DNA from: an uncultured Pseudomonadota bacterium
GTDB lineage: Bacteria; Pseudomonadota; Alphaproteobacteria; Rs-D84
DNA length: 64,000 nucleotides
Direction: 5' to 3'
Assembly: GCA_947306185.1 (NCBI GenBank)
Contig: CAMZFU010000001.1
Span: 23,952 to 87,951 of the forward strand
Part shown: piece after piece, positions 10,566 to 21,630 of the stretch
Layout: every line of letters begins with the position of its first letter
Position numbering within the stretch: position 1 is the first letter of the stretch
Notes under the pieces: model-generated
Seen by the model: only the letters and a program-made list of their open reading frames with translations
Database searches by the model: none
Told to the model about the DNA's origin: nothing
Translations under genes and position numbers: made by a program

Positions 10566-11381
10566 TTAACGGTGTGCTTCTTTTTCCAATTTGTAATAAA
10601 CAAGCTTTGACACATCAAGAACCTTGCAGTCTCCACCAGTATAGTATGAAAATTTATCATCGTATCCTGATGCAATAACTGGGAACCCGTGTGGATCTGG
10701 GACAAATACGCGTTCAGAATCACCCACAAATCCAATACCAATGAATACCTTGGTGTGCCCAGAAAATCTAACAATTGAACCAACACCAATATTTGCAAAA
10801 TCCGCCGGTTCTGGATTTTCTATAAAGGCATCCGCAACCTTTTCACCATATTGCTCATTAAAATATGAAAGCAATTTGTCACCGTTTTCCAGTGCACTCG
10901 GGCGCCCTTGTCTGCGATTAAACAAATCAACTCTGCCCGTTTGGGTCAAACCAGAACGGACCTGTGCCCTTTGTATTGCGGTTGTTGCCGCCTTGTTACA
11001 ATAATTGCGATCCAAACGAAATGCCTTGCCTGGTGTTGTTAAACCATAATTAATAGAATCAATAACCATGGCCATTTCTTTGACAACAGTTTCACCAAAA
11101 AGTTTGCTAATTTTTTCGTTGGAATAATTTGTCCAATTGATAGTAGGAATAGATGCCGGGTCAAAATATGCACGGTTCATTGCCACCGGATTAAATGTTT
11201 CCGCCGTTATACGTTCACCCGTCACAGGATCAACATATTCTGTACGGAACGTAGTTAACGCCTCTTCTTCACGTTCTTCCATAGTTTTTGGTTTTGAACC
11301 ATTATGTCCAAAGATTATACCACCTAACGTAAAACCAATTACAAATGTACAAATTGGTATCACATGATTTCTTTTTTTCAT
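10566..11381 (-). CDS. Membrane-anchored protein with possible CHAP/NlpC-P60-like cysteine peptidase domain
   Basis: N-terminal TM (IPICTFVIGFTLGGIIFG). Cys in NYCNKAATTA and downstream His in GSIVRFSGHTKVFIGIGF resemble a Cys...His papain-like arrangement. Sigma70-like promoter TTGACA-N17-TATACT and AAGGAG RBS lie upstream. Confidence 0.35.
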   Translation of the reverse strand: MKKRNHVIPICTFVIGFTLGGIIFGHNGSKPKTMEEREEEALTTFRTEYVDPVTGERITAETFNPVAMNRAYFDPASIPTINWTNYSNEKISKLFGETVVKEMAMVIDSINYGLTTPGKAFRLDRNYCNKAATTAIQRAQVRSGLTQTGRVDLFNRRQGRPSALENGDKLLSYFNEQYGEKVADAFIENPEPADFANIGVGSIVRFSGHTKVFIGIGFVGDSERVFVPDPHGFPVIASGYDDKFSYYTGGDCKVLDVSKLVYYKLEKEAHR

Positions 11382-11506
11382 TTATGCACTCCTTACTATA
11401 TGGATGATATAGTATAGACCAAAAATACAAATTGTCAATACAAATATATAATTTTTTGTGGCGATTATCCAAAAAATGAAAACCAGGATAGCCCCGGTTT
11501 GAATTT

Positions 11507-11530
11507 TGGTAGCGGCGAAGGGATTGCACA
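11507..11530 (-). repeat. Direct repeat: partial copy of tRNA-Met 3' end (acceptor strand plus CCA plus flank)
   Basis: +strand gaattttggtagcggcgaagggatt (from 11501) recurs at 11671-11699. On the minus strand both copies read AATCCCTTCGCCGCTACCAAAATTCAA. Confidence 0.8.
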
Positions 11531-11652
11531 TTCCCATCGCTGTGCGACGGGAACCCTTTCCACTCGTAAGGCTCGATCGGCGCATACGCCCGTTCTCGCC
11601 AACTATCGTGTCGGACCCGGGGTCCTTATCTTTCTCTACTAACCAAAAATTA

Positions 11653-11673
11653 AACCCCGAATAAATCGGGGTT
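11653..11673 (-). terminator. Terminator hairpin immediately 3' of tRNA-Met
   Basis: aaccccgaataaatcggggtt with T/A runs on both sides. Confidence 0.6.
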
Positions 11674-11680
11674 GAATTTT

Positions 11681-11755
11681 TGGTAGCGGCGAAGGGATTC
11701 GGACCCCTGACCAAAGGATTATGATTCCTCTGCTCTACCACTGAGCTACGCCGCC
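11681..11755 (-). tRNA. tRNA-Met (anticodon CAT; elongator Met or lysidine-modified Ile2 cannot be distinguished by eye)
   Basis: Reverse complement GGCGGCGTAGCTCAGTGGTAGAGCAGAGGAATCATAATCCTTTGGTCAGGGGTCCGAATCCCTTCGCCGCTACCA. Clean cloverleaf, anticodon loop ATCATAA. Confidence 0.85.
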
Positions 11756-11912
11756 ATACTAAAATGACCGCATTATTATAACAATAATTTTCTCAATTGC
11801 AAGAATTTCTGTCAAGATATATAAATAATATGAATTTGTTCCGCTTTTTGACATTTATTATTTTATATATCGTATTTGTAAATATCGCAAAGATATTGTA
11901 TAATGTTTGGTA

Positions 11913-12473
11913 ATGAAAGCCGTTGTTGCAATTTTATGTTGTGTGTTTTGTATGCCCGTATTTGCATTCACGGGATATAATCCGTTTATGCGTAATCACA
12001 ATAATCAGTTATCATTCTTCATTGGCCAGGGTGTAAATAGCGGTTTCATTATTCCACCACCAACCCAACTAGTACCATTTTATATATTTAACTTGCAATA
12101 TTCGCAGCCAACGACGTTTTTTGGTCTGCCTGCGCGTCAGTCGCTAAACATAGGACAAACACTTGGATTTTCAGATAAATATGGTTGGCATTGGCGCGAT
12201 TATACTATTCCTATGATAATGATGTCTGGTGATGTTTTGTTGGCCGATTTTCGTGATTTTTATTTTGCTGGTGGGGCGGGGGTCGGGCTCCAGGCCAAAG
12301 AAAACGAACGTCTTGGCGCGAAACTGCTATTTCAATTTAAATTGACCGCGGGATTGCATATTAATGATAAATGGGGAACAGAAATTTTTGTTCAACACTT
12401 TTCCAATGCGAATACCGCCCTACAAAATTATTCCTATGCCTTTTATGGACTTGGGGTTACGTATAATTTCTAA
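11913..12473 (+). CDS. Outer-membrane acyloxyacyl hydrolase / lipid A 3-O-deacylase (PagL-like)
   Basis: Signal peptide MKAVVAILCCVFCMPVFA. C-terminal aromatic residue (…VTYNF) typical of OM beta-barrels. HFSNAN motif resembles the PagL catalytic His-x-Ser-Asn. ORF track uses TTG at 11907; ATG at 11913 is the likelier start. Confidence 0.55.
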   Translation: MKAVVAILCCVFCMPVFAFTGYNPFMRNHNNQLSFFIGQGVNSGFIIPPPTQLVPFYIFNLQYSQPTTFFGLPARQSLNIGQTLGFSDKYGWHWRDYTIPMIMMSGDVLLADFRDFYFAGGAGVGLQAKENERLGAKLLFQFKLTAGLHINDKWGTEIFVQHFSNANTALQNYSYAFYGLGVTYNF

Positions 12474-12474
12474 T

Positions 12475-13146
12475 CTACCAATCTATTGGTTTTTGGCCAT
12501 GCGAAATCAAGTATTCATTTGCCTTGCTAAAATGCTTGCATCCAAAAAATCCCCTGTATGCAGAAAGTGGTGATGGATGTACACTTTTTAGAATCAAATT
12601 ACTATTGGCATCCACAAATTCTGCTTTGCGTTGCGCGTATGAACCCCAGAGCATATAAACAACACCCGTCTTTTTCGCAACCGCCCTAATAACCGCATCC
12701 GTAAATTGTTCCCATCCATGTCCGGCGTGCGATGCCGCCAAATGTGCCGCCACAGTCAGGGTTGAATTTAACAACAAAACACCCTGCTCTGCCCAATGGG
12801 TTAAATCGCCATTTGTTGAACTGGGCCGTCCAATATCTGTTTCAATTTCTTTATAAATATTTATCAATGATGGTGGTGGCGTAATACCATTTGGCACAGA
12901 AAAACAAAGACCATGCGCCTGACCGGGTTCATGATATGGATCTTGGCCAATGATTACAACACGCACCGCATCATATGGACAAAGATTAAACGCATTAAAA
13001 ATATTTTTTGGAGCCGGATAAATTTGTTTGCCTGCCAAATACTCACCGCGCACAAAATCAGTCAGTTTGATAAAGTATTCTTTATCAAATTCGTCCGATA
13101 AAACACGTTTCCAAGATTCTTCTATTTTTACATCCATATACACCAC
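12475..13146 (-). CDS. ung: Uracil-DNA glycosylase (family 1)
   Basis: GQDPYH, HGLCFSV, and HPSPLSA motifs. Confidence 0.9.
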   Translation of the reverse strand: MVYMDVKIEESWKRVLSDEFDKEYFIKLTDFVRGEYLAGKQIYPAPKNIFNAFNLCPYDAVRVVIIGQDPYHEPGQAHGLCFSVPNGITPPPSLINIYKEIETDIGRPSSTNGDLTHWAEQGVLLLNSTLTVAAHLAASHAGHGWEQFTDAVIRAVAKKTGVVYMLWGSYAQRKAEFVDANSNLILKSVHPSPLSAYRGFFGCKHFSKANEYLISHGQKPIDW

Positions 13147-13776
13147 CTACAATTTAATCAATCCAATTTGACAAGATTTCCATAATACTACATCTATATA
13201 TCCGCGTGGCAATTTTGTTGCGGTCACCAAATGCGCAAACATATCATCACACGCATTTTTTATATCCGGTGTTAATTCGTCTGTACGGCAGATTCCGGCA
13301 TATAGCGCCCCAAGGCGTCTTATCCATACATCATATTTTACCGTATCAACACCCAAATTCCGTGCCAAATGATTCGCAGTTATTTTTCCAATATGTGGCA
13401 ACTTTGCCAAATATCTCAACCTTTCTTCATCGGTACCACATACATAAAACCCATCGCATAATTCTTTACGATTTTCCCAAATCTTGCATATCGCCGATAT
13501 TTTATTTTTGTTATGAAACATTTGGAACAGACCGTCAAAATCTGCACCATTTTTATAAATATAATCCATAATATTTTTATGAATACGCTTCGCGGTTTTC
13601 TGCGAAAAACCGCCGGCCAAAATCACATACGCGCACATTTCGGCAAACGCATCAGGTGAAAATTTATGGGGATTTGCCAAATTATCACGAATTTCATCAA
13701 AAGATTGCGCGTCACTATCTGCGCCACACGCGCGAATTTGCTTTTCCAAATCAAAAAACCATTGCGCATCAAACAT
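13147..13776 (-). CDS. HhH-GPD superfamily DNA glycosylase without Fe-S cluster (MagIII/AlkA-like)
   Basis: LPHIGKITANHLARNLGVDTVKYDVWIRRLG parallels the EndoIII helix-hairpin-helix LPGVGRKTANVV...VDTH with conserved Lys and Asp. No C-terminal 4-Cys motif. Confidence 0.6.
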   Translation of the reverse strand: MFDAQWFFDLEKQIRACGADSDAQSFDEIRDNLANPHKFSPDAFAEMCAYVILAGGFSQKTAKRIHKNIMDYIYKNGADFDGLFQMFHNKNKISAICKIWENRKELCDGFYVCGTDEERLRYLAKLPHIGKITANHLARNLGVDTVKYDVWIRRLGALYAGICRTDELTPDIKNACDDMFAHLVTATKLPRGYIDVVLWKSCQIGLIKL

Positions 13777-16069
13777 TACCACCACCAACCCTGCCAGACA
13801 ACATTTTGCGTTTATATGCCTCTAATATCTTTGGATCGATCTTCTTATGTTGCGGTTCTTTGTCGGCAAACATTTCTTCTACTTTCCCTTTTCCTTGCAC
13901 ATAATTCGCTATATGCTGTTCTCTACTTAATTGCGGTTTTTCCATTCTGAAATCATAAGGTGCATCTTTACCAGATCTATCTAAACTACGTTGTTCTATT
14001 GAACTATTGCTATGTGCTTGTTCACGTACGGTCGTATTTAATCTGATATCATCAGCGCCCAATTCTGTTTTTGCACCTGTGTTTTCTTCTTTCTTTTCCA
14101 ATCCGGGTTTATATTGTGCATTTGGCACCGGTATCTTCTGATTCTGTCCTTGTTGTCTTTTCAGGTCTAATGTATCTAGATGATTAAGTACAACATCTCT
14201 TAATCTTGTAGAGCCATAGTTAAATTGTTCCTGGTCACCAGAAAGTTCTTTGACTCTATCAAAAACATCCCTATACTCTTTTTTCATATCTTCTGGCAAC
14301 AGCCACTGTTGCGAAAGGTCTTTCAAGGCGAACATCATCCGTTTGAATGATTCAGGGTCTCTATCTTTGTGGTGTGACAAAACCTCTTCCAATCCGTATA
14401 TCAAATCTTCGTAATCTTCTGGCTTTTTTTCACCTGCGTTAACCTTATCATTGGTCATATCTTCGCGTTGCATTAGATTTTCTGGACGTGGCGAAACATC
14501 TTTGTTTTCTTGTTTCTTGGATAAATCTGCGCCATGCGCCATATCATCTGGTCCAAGCATCTGCTGTGGCTGTTCCTCCTGTCCAAAGCCCTTATTTATT
14601 GCATCCATTACCGCCTCGTAATTAGGCAAGCCGTTTTCAAACGTATCTCGTGATATTTTATAATATTCATCTGCTATATCTTTCAATTTTGGATTTCTTA
14701 ATGCCTGATGAAAATCACTGAACAATTTATTGCTTTCTTGCAATCCTTCCAACCCAGGATTTTCTGACCATTTAGCCCTGGTTTCATGTAACCTTTCCCA
14801 TAAATGTCTTAAATTTTCTAATGCATTCTCTTCAGTTTGAGATTCGGTTTTTGCTTCTTTGACCACATTATTATGTACAATTGTTGGTGAAATATTTTCG
14901 TTTTCTTTTTGTCTATGTTTTTCTTGTTTAGGTTCATTACCCAACTCTTTATCTATCAACTCCAACAATTTTGTCTGATTATAATCAATATCTCCCATAT
15001 GCGCATCAGTGGTATAAAACTCCATTGTGAAATCTTCCAAACCGGGGTCTTTGAGCGCATTGTTATACGCGTCACGCACCTTATTAAGTTCAACAAAAGA
15101 AACCGGTTTTTTAGACGCCACTGCACGATACTCGTTTATAGCATCTTTCAACCTTAACATGGCCTCTTTTGTTTTTGGGTCCATTTTTTCTTGTTCGTCT
15201 TCGCGTTGCATTAAATTTTCTGGCCGTAGAGAGACATCCGCGTTTTTTTCTTTGTGTTCTAATCCGTCCCCATGTGCTTCATCTTTCCTGATTTGCTGTT
15301 CTTGAACTTTATCCGTGGCTTCACTTTCCTTTTGAGATTTTTTACCGTCTTTTACAAACGCTTTTTTAACATCATGTACAACAGCATTTGCGGTTTTATC
15401 CAATACATTTCCGGCTTTTTCCAAAACTCCTGTTCTTGCCGGACCGTCATTTTTTTCTTCTTTTTCTGCCACCTTATCCAATCTTTTTTGTATTATACTC
15501 TGAAATTCATCGTATGCGGATCTTTGTTGATCGTTATTAAACATAAAATCTTTCATATGATGCAACGGTTCTGACAACCGCAATGCCGTTGCTTTGGAGA
15601 TTTTATCTTCTTTTAATGCATCCTTGATTATATTTCCTATATTACTAAATTCAACAACAGCCGACAATGCACCGTTTTGTTCAGAATACGCATCGGCATA
15701 TTTTTCCATTGCATCTTTTATCTGTTCTAGAACTTCTTTGGAATCTTTCTCGCTATTTTGAGCGGCATCTTTGTCAAATTCTAACGAATTGGTCATTTGT
15801 TCATACGCATCGTCAAATTGTAATAAATGCTTATCTGCAACAGTATTTAATTCGTTTACTATACTATCGATAATAAGCCTATTGTTTTGAAATAAATCAT
15901 CATAATCTTGGAGCATCTGTTGAGATATAAGCTTATCTTCACCGGCTTCGCCCACCTCTCTTTTTATCTGCTCTAAAAGAGACATTCTCTCCTGCTGATT
16001 GGCATACCCCAGGTTAGACACCAATCTTTTAAAATACTCTAATCTTTCTAATGTTCTATTTTCATCCAT
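13769..16069 (-). CDS. Large acidic hypothetical protein with internal sequence repeats (candidate effector-like)
   Basis: 766 aa, no signal peptide. Duplicated segment AHGDGLEHKEKNADVSLRPENLMQREDEQEK… versus AHGADLSKKQENKDVSPRPENLMQREDMTNDK…. Highly charged. Confidence 0.5.
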   Translation of the reverse strand: MDENRTLERLEYFKRLVSNLGYANQQERMSLLEQIKREVGEAGEDKLISQQMLQDYDDLFQNNRLIIDSIVNELNTVADKHLLQFDDAYEQMTNSLEFDKDAAQNSEKDSKEVLEQIKDAMEKYADAYSEQNGALSAVVEFSNIGNIIKDALKEDKISKATALRLSEPLHHMKDFMFNNDQQRSAYDEFQSIIQKRLDKVAEKEEKNDGPARTGVLEKAGNVLDKTANAVVHDVKKAFVKDGKKSQKESEATDKVQEQQIRKDEAHGDGLEHKEKNADVSLRPENLMQREDEQEKMDPKTKEAMLRLKDAINEYRAVASKKPVSFVELNKVRDAYNNALKDPGLEDFTMEFYTTDAHMGDIDYNQTKLLELIDKELGNEPKQEKHRQKENENISPTIVHNNVVKEAKTESQTEENALENLRHLWERLHETRAKWSENPGLEGLQESNKLFSDFHQALRNPKLKDIADEYYKISRDTFENGLPNYEAVMDAINKGFGQEEQPQQMLGPDDMAHGADLSKKQENKDVSPRPENLMQREDMTNDKVNAGEKKPEDYEDLIYGLEEVLSHHKDRDPESFKRMMFALKDLSQQWLLPEDMKKEYRDVFDRVKELSGDQEQFNYGSTRLRDVVLNHLDTLDLKRQQGQNQKIPVPNAQYKPGLEKKEENTGAKTELGADDIRLNTTVREQAHSNSSIEQRSLDRSGKDAPYDFRMEKPQLSREQHIANYVQGKGKVEEMFADKEPQHKKIDPKILEAYKRKMLSGRVGGGNV

Positions 16070-16102
16070 AATGCCGGCCTTTATGGTGAAATTATATCAC
16101 AT

Positions 16103-16420
16103 TTATTGACGATTTTTCTTAAAATTTTGAATTAATCGCAATAAATTACTATTATCACTTTTTTCTGCATCGGCCTGTTGTAATAATTTATTTCCGTTTC
16201 TGAAAACATCCGTCTCATCTTTGATACCAAGAATCTTTTTCAACTCATGATATCGTGCAATTTTTTCGGTGTCTTCGGTATGGTGGGCAATACTATGGAC
16301 AACGTCATGTTCCAGTGCGACAAATTCAGCCATTAACCTGTCTTCTTCGGTTTCTGGTTTTTCCTGCCTGTTTGTAAAAACAATCGTCCCATCATCTTGG
16401 ATGACGTATTTATCTGCCAT
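16103..16420 (-). CDS. Small acidic hypothetical protein (105 aa)
   Basis: ORF only. Confidence 0.35.
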   Translation of the reverse strand: MADKYVIQDDGTIVFTNRQEKPETEEDRLMAEFVALEHDVVHSIAHHTEDTEKIARYHELKKILGIKDETDVFRNGNKLLQQADAEKSDNSNLLRLIQNFKKNRQ

Positions 16421-16437
16421 TTGATTGGCCCTTTATG

Positions 16438-18861
<2,424 letters not shown>

Positions 18862-18934
18862 TCAAAAACATAGCAAATTATGGTATAATTATCAAGAAAA
18901 AAGAGAAAAAAAAGCAAAATAAAAGGAAAACATA

Positions 18935-19507
18935 ATGAAGTTTAAGTTATTGTATTTTGGGGAAATTTTAATTAACCCAAAAAAACGAGCCCAACATATA
19001 TCCGATATTCGTATGCAATTTCACCCACAACTTAAAAAATTAGTGGAACACCAACCGTGGGATAACCTTAAACAATATATGGCCCCAGATGCAACAAAAA
19101 GCCCGATTACCACCCGTCATATTGGTGGTATAGATTGGAATCCAATTATCACACCAAAGTTAAAACTTATTGCGGAATTAGATATCCAAATGTTACACCC
19201 TGAAATTGTTGGCGTACCACGTTCAGATATTGATAATCGTATCAAAACATTATTCGATGGTCTGCGTTGTCCACAAAATGAACATGAAATCGGTCAGAAT
19301 GTTCCACGTGACCAGGGACCAATTTATACCCTGCTTGATGACGACCATTTGATTACAAAAATATCGGTGAACACAAGCCACTTGCTAGCAACACACATGT
19401 TTCACCCAGACATTACCAGTATCAGCCCAGACTGCATGTTTTTAATGATTGATGTTAATGTCCGTGTTGCCGAAGGAACTTTGGAAAACCTGCCATTTAT
19501 GGTATAA
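18935..19507 (+). CDS. Hypothetical protein (190 aa)
   Basis: ORF followed by a strong terminator. No motifs recognised. Confidence 0.4.
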   Translation: MKFKLLYFGEILINPKKRAQHISDIRMQFHPQLKKLVEHQPWDNLKQYMAPDATKSPITTRHIGGIDWNPIITPKLKLIAELDIQMLHPEIVGVPRSDIDNRIKTLFDGLRCPQNEHEIGQNVPRDQGPIYTLLDDDHLITKISVNTSHLLATHMFHPDITSISPDCMFLMIDVNVRVAEGTLENLPFMV

Positions 19508-19526
19508 GATATTCTATAAGAAATGA

Positions 19527-19556
19527 AAAACACCGGATAAAATATCCGGTGTTTTT
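19527..19556. terminator. Rho-independent terminator (bidirectional)
   Basis: aaaaaCACCGGATaaaATATCCGGTGtttttta. Confidence 0.8.
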
Positions 19557-20491
19557 TATATTGTCTGTACTACCCGCTCTTGGGGGACATAAACATTTTC
19601 ACCAGATGTGTGTCGCAATTGTTGCGCTTTTATTATTCCATCTAATACTGCATTTTGTTTTTTAAGATTTCTATTTTCCGTCCTAAGTTTCCGTATCAAT
19701 TCTAACGCTTCTTCTAACGTTCGTGGTTCATATTCTTCGTCCGTTATTTGTGATTCGTCGGTGGACAATTGTGCTTGCTGGGCCTGCTGTTTTTTTATCT
19801 CTAATCTTTCTTGGACTGGCGCAAAAGATTTTTGCATTATTTCAAATCTATTTGCTCGGGCAAACGGAGAATCATTAAAATCTGCTCCCCATTCGCTACC
19901 AATATTTTTGCTATACTTGTACCTCAACATTTTATAAATTTTTTCAATATCTTCATCTGGAATACCCAAATTTTCAGCATTATCAACCAACACTTTGAAA
20001 TCGCTTTCTACTTCTGGATTTGTAACTTCCAAAACATGTATAAGTAAGGATTTATTTATCGCGGGATTGTTCATCCGAAAACCACGCCCCACATGACCAT
20101 CTTTATAAAGGAAACCATGATACAGCTTGCACATGTGTAAATCAAAGCGCAACTTACTACCAACAATTTTATTTTTATCAATTCCATTTACTATATTAAT
20201 CAGGAATTTTTGCCCTTCTATATCATCTGTATTTTGAAACATCTTAACAATTTTTTGGGCATCTTCAATTATATCATGTTCACCACTCCTAAGGCAGTCC
20301 AACATCTTAATAAAATCTTCTTGGCTACTATAAATACGCGAATCAAACGTCTCTGTTGTGTCTACTAATGAGCCAAAGTTAGTCCTACTTCCATTAATAA
20401 ACATCCATGAAGATTCACCGATATTACTAAGCACAACCATCGCCAGTTCAAGTAACTGTGTCCCACTGCTATTAAATTTATATTTATCCAT
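19556..20491 (-). CDS. Hypothetical protein with prepilin-like N-terminal motif and C-terminal coiled coil
   Basis: 311 aa. N-terminus MDKYKFNSSG/TQLLELAMVVL has Gly then Glu at +5 as in class III signal peptides, but the hydrophobic segment is short. Last gene of the T4bP-like operon. Confidence 0.4.
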   Translation of the reverse strand: MDKYKFNSSGTQLLELAMVVLSNIGESSWMFINGSRTNFGSLVDTTETFDSRIYSSQEDFIKMLDCLRSGEHDIIEDAQKIVKMFQNTDDIEGQKFLINIVNGIDKNKIVGSKLRFDLHMCKLYHGFLYKDGHVGRGFRMNNPAINKSLLIHVLEVTNPEVESDFKVLVDNAENLGIPDEDIEKIYKMLRYKYSKNIGSEWGADFNDSPFARANRFEIMQKSFAPVQERLEIKKQQAQQAQLSTDESQITDEEYEPRTLEEALELIRKLRTENRNLKKQNAVLDGIIKAQQLRHTSGENVYVPQERVVQTI

Positions 20492-20554
20492 TTATTATTC
20501 CTTTCTATACGGAATATTTTAACAGAAAAATGTGTTATTTTCCAAAAAATTGTA

Positions 20555-21625
20555 CTATGACAAAAATGCCGTTATTTGGTCTTGCATTTGGAATGTCCCC
20601 AACACGACCCACGCAATCACCGCGGTTATCAATAAAATACCAATACTGTTCAACGCATTTGATACAGATTCTATTTTCTTTACTGAATTTTCCAGATAAT
20701 CAGTTGATATTTGATTAAGGTTGGAATCAAAATCATTCATATCAGCGTATATAGTCAAATCACCTATCAATTCTTGGTTAGGGAAATCCATACCTGTATT
20801 TTGCAATGCGTCACCCAAATTATCACCATTTGCAATATAACGTAATGTCGCATCTAATATTTTGCGCAGATATCTGTTCGAATTATCGGCAAGCATACGC
20901 ATTGCATCTGGTATTGCAACCCCAGACGAAACCATTGCCGCCAATGACATCATCCAACTAACAGATAAACGTATTTTATAAATACTCCACGGCGGGAATT
21001 TATCAAATGCCGCACGTATATGCCCCGCCCAGCGTGGTAAAGACCACCAAATCAAAATCCCAGAAGCAACAAATACTACCGCAATTATATGCCAATATTT
21101 ACTGGCCACGTCTGACACCCATATAAGAGTTGCCGCCCCCCCAGTCCACACCATTGAATCACCCGCAACCTCGGCCAACGGCGGAACAAGATATAATCCC
21201 ACCATAATAATTATACCAATTACCAAAACGAATAATAATAACGGATATGCAATCGCACCAAATACTGCACCACTAATACGTTTATTTGCAACTATGATAC
21301 GACTAACGTTTTCCAATGCCACAACCAAACTAGACATATTTCCGGATGTCAATAATAATGTTTCTTCGGCCGGAATCCAACCACGTGTTGCCTCGGAAAA
21401 ACTCAAACCGCGTTCAAGGTTCTTTTCCCATTCGCGCATACATATCGCAAAAGGTTCGTTTGGTTTTGCACCCCCCTTGGATTCTGTCATCTGGATACGG
21501 TTTAATGCATCAATCAACGTAAAATCGTTTTTCAACAATGAAACCAATTTGCGCCATATGGTTACGCGTTTATCACGGCTAAACCTGCAAACTAATTTTG
21601 CATAAAGTATCTCAAGTTTGTTCAT
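20555..21625 (-). CDS. Type IV pilus / T2SS inner-membrane platform protein (GspF/PilC/BfpE/PilR family)
   Basis: 356 aa. Two repeated T2SSF-like cytoplasmic domains (…LLLTSGNMSSLVVALENVS…, …LADNSNRYLRKILDATLRYIANGDNLGDAL…). Three TM helices. Confidence 0.7.
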   Translation of the reverse strand: MNKLEILYAKLVCRFSRDKRVTIWRKLVSLLKNDFTLIDALNRIQMTESKGGAKPNEPFAICMREWEKNLERGLSFSEATRGWIPAEETLLLTSGNMSSLVVALENVSRIIVANKRISGAVFGAIAYPLLLFVLVIGIIIMVGLYLVPPLAEVAGDSMVWTGGAATLIWVSDVASKYWHIIAVVFVASGILIWWSLPRWAGHIRAAFDKFPPWSIYKIRLSVSWMMSLAAMVSSGVAIPDAMRMLADNSNRYLRKILDATLRYIANGDNLGDALQNTGMDFPNQELIGDLTIYADMNDFDSNLNQISTDYLENSVKKIESVSNALNSIGILLITAVIAWVVLGTFQMQDQITAFLS

Positions 21626-21630
21626 TGTTT

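Noticed and set aside
11531-11680. Considered that the CCA-ending structured element downstream of tRNA-Met is a two-piece (permuted) tmRNA acceptor piece
   Set aside because: The acceptor-like end copies tRNA-Met, not a tRNA-Ala-like stem with G3-U70. No tag reading frame or 5' acceptor partner lies downstream, which is occupied by the promoter/RBS of 10566..11381. A second analogous element copies tRNA-fMet.
11531-11680. Considered SRP (4.5S) RNA or RNase P RNA
   Set aside because: No GGAAGCAGCC-like domain IV motif. Far too short for RNase P, and no conserved P4 sequences seen.
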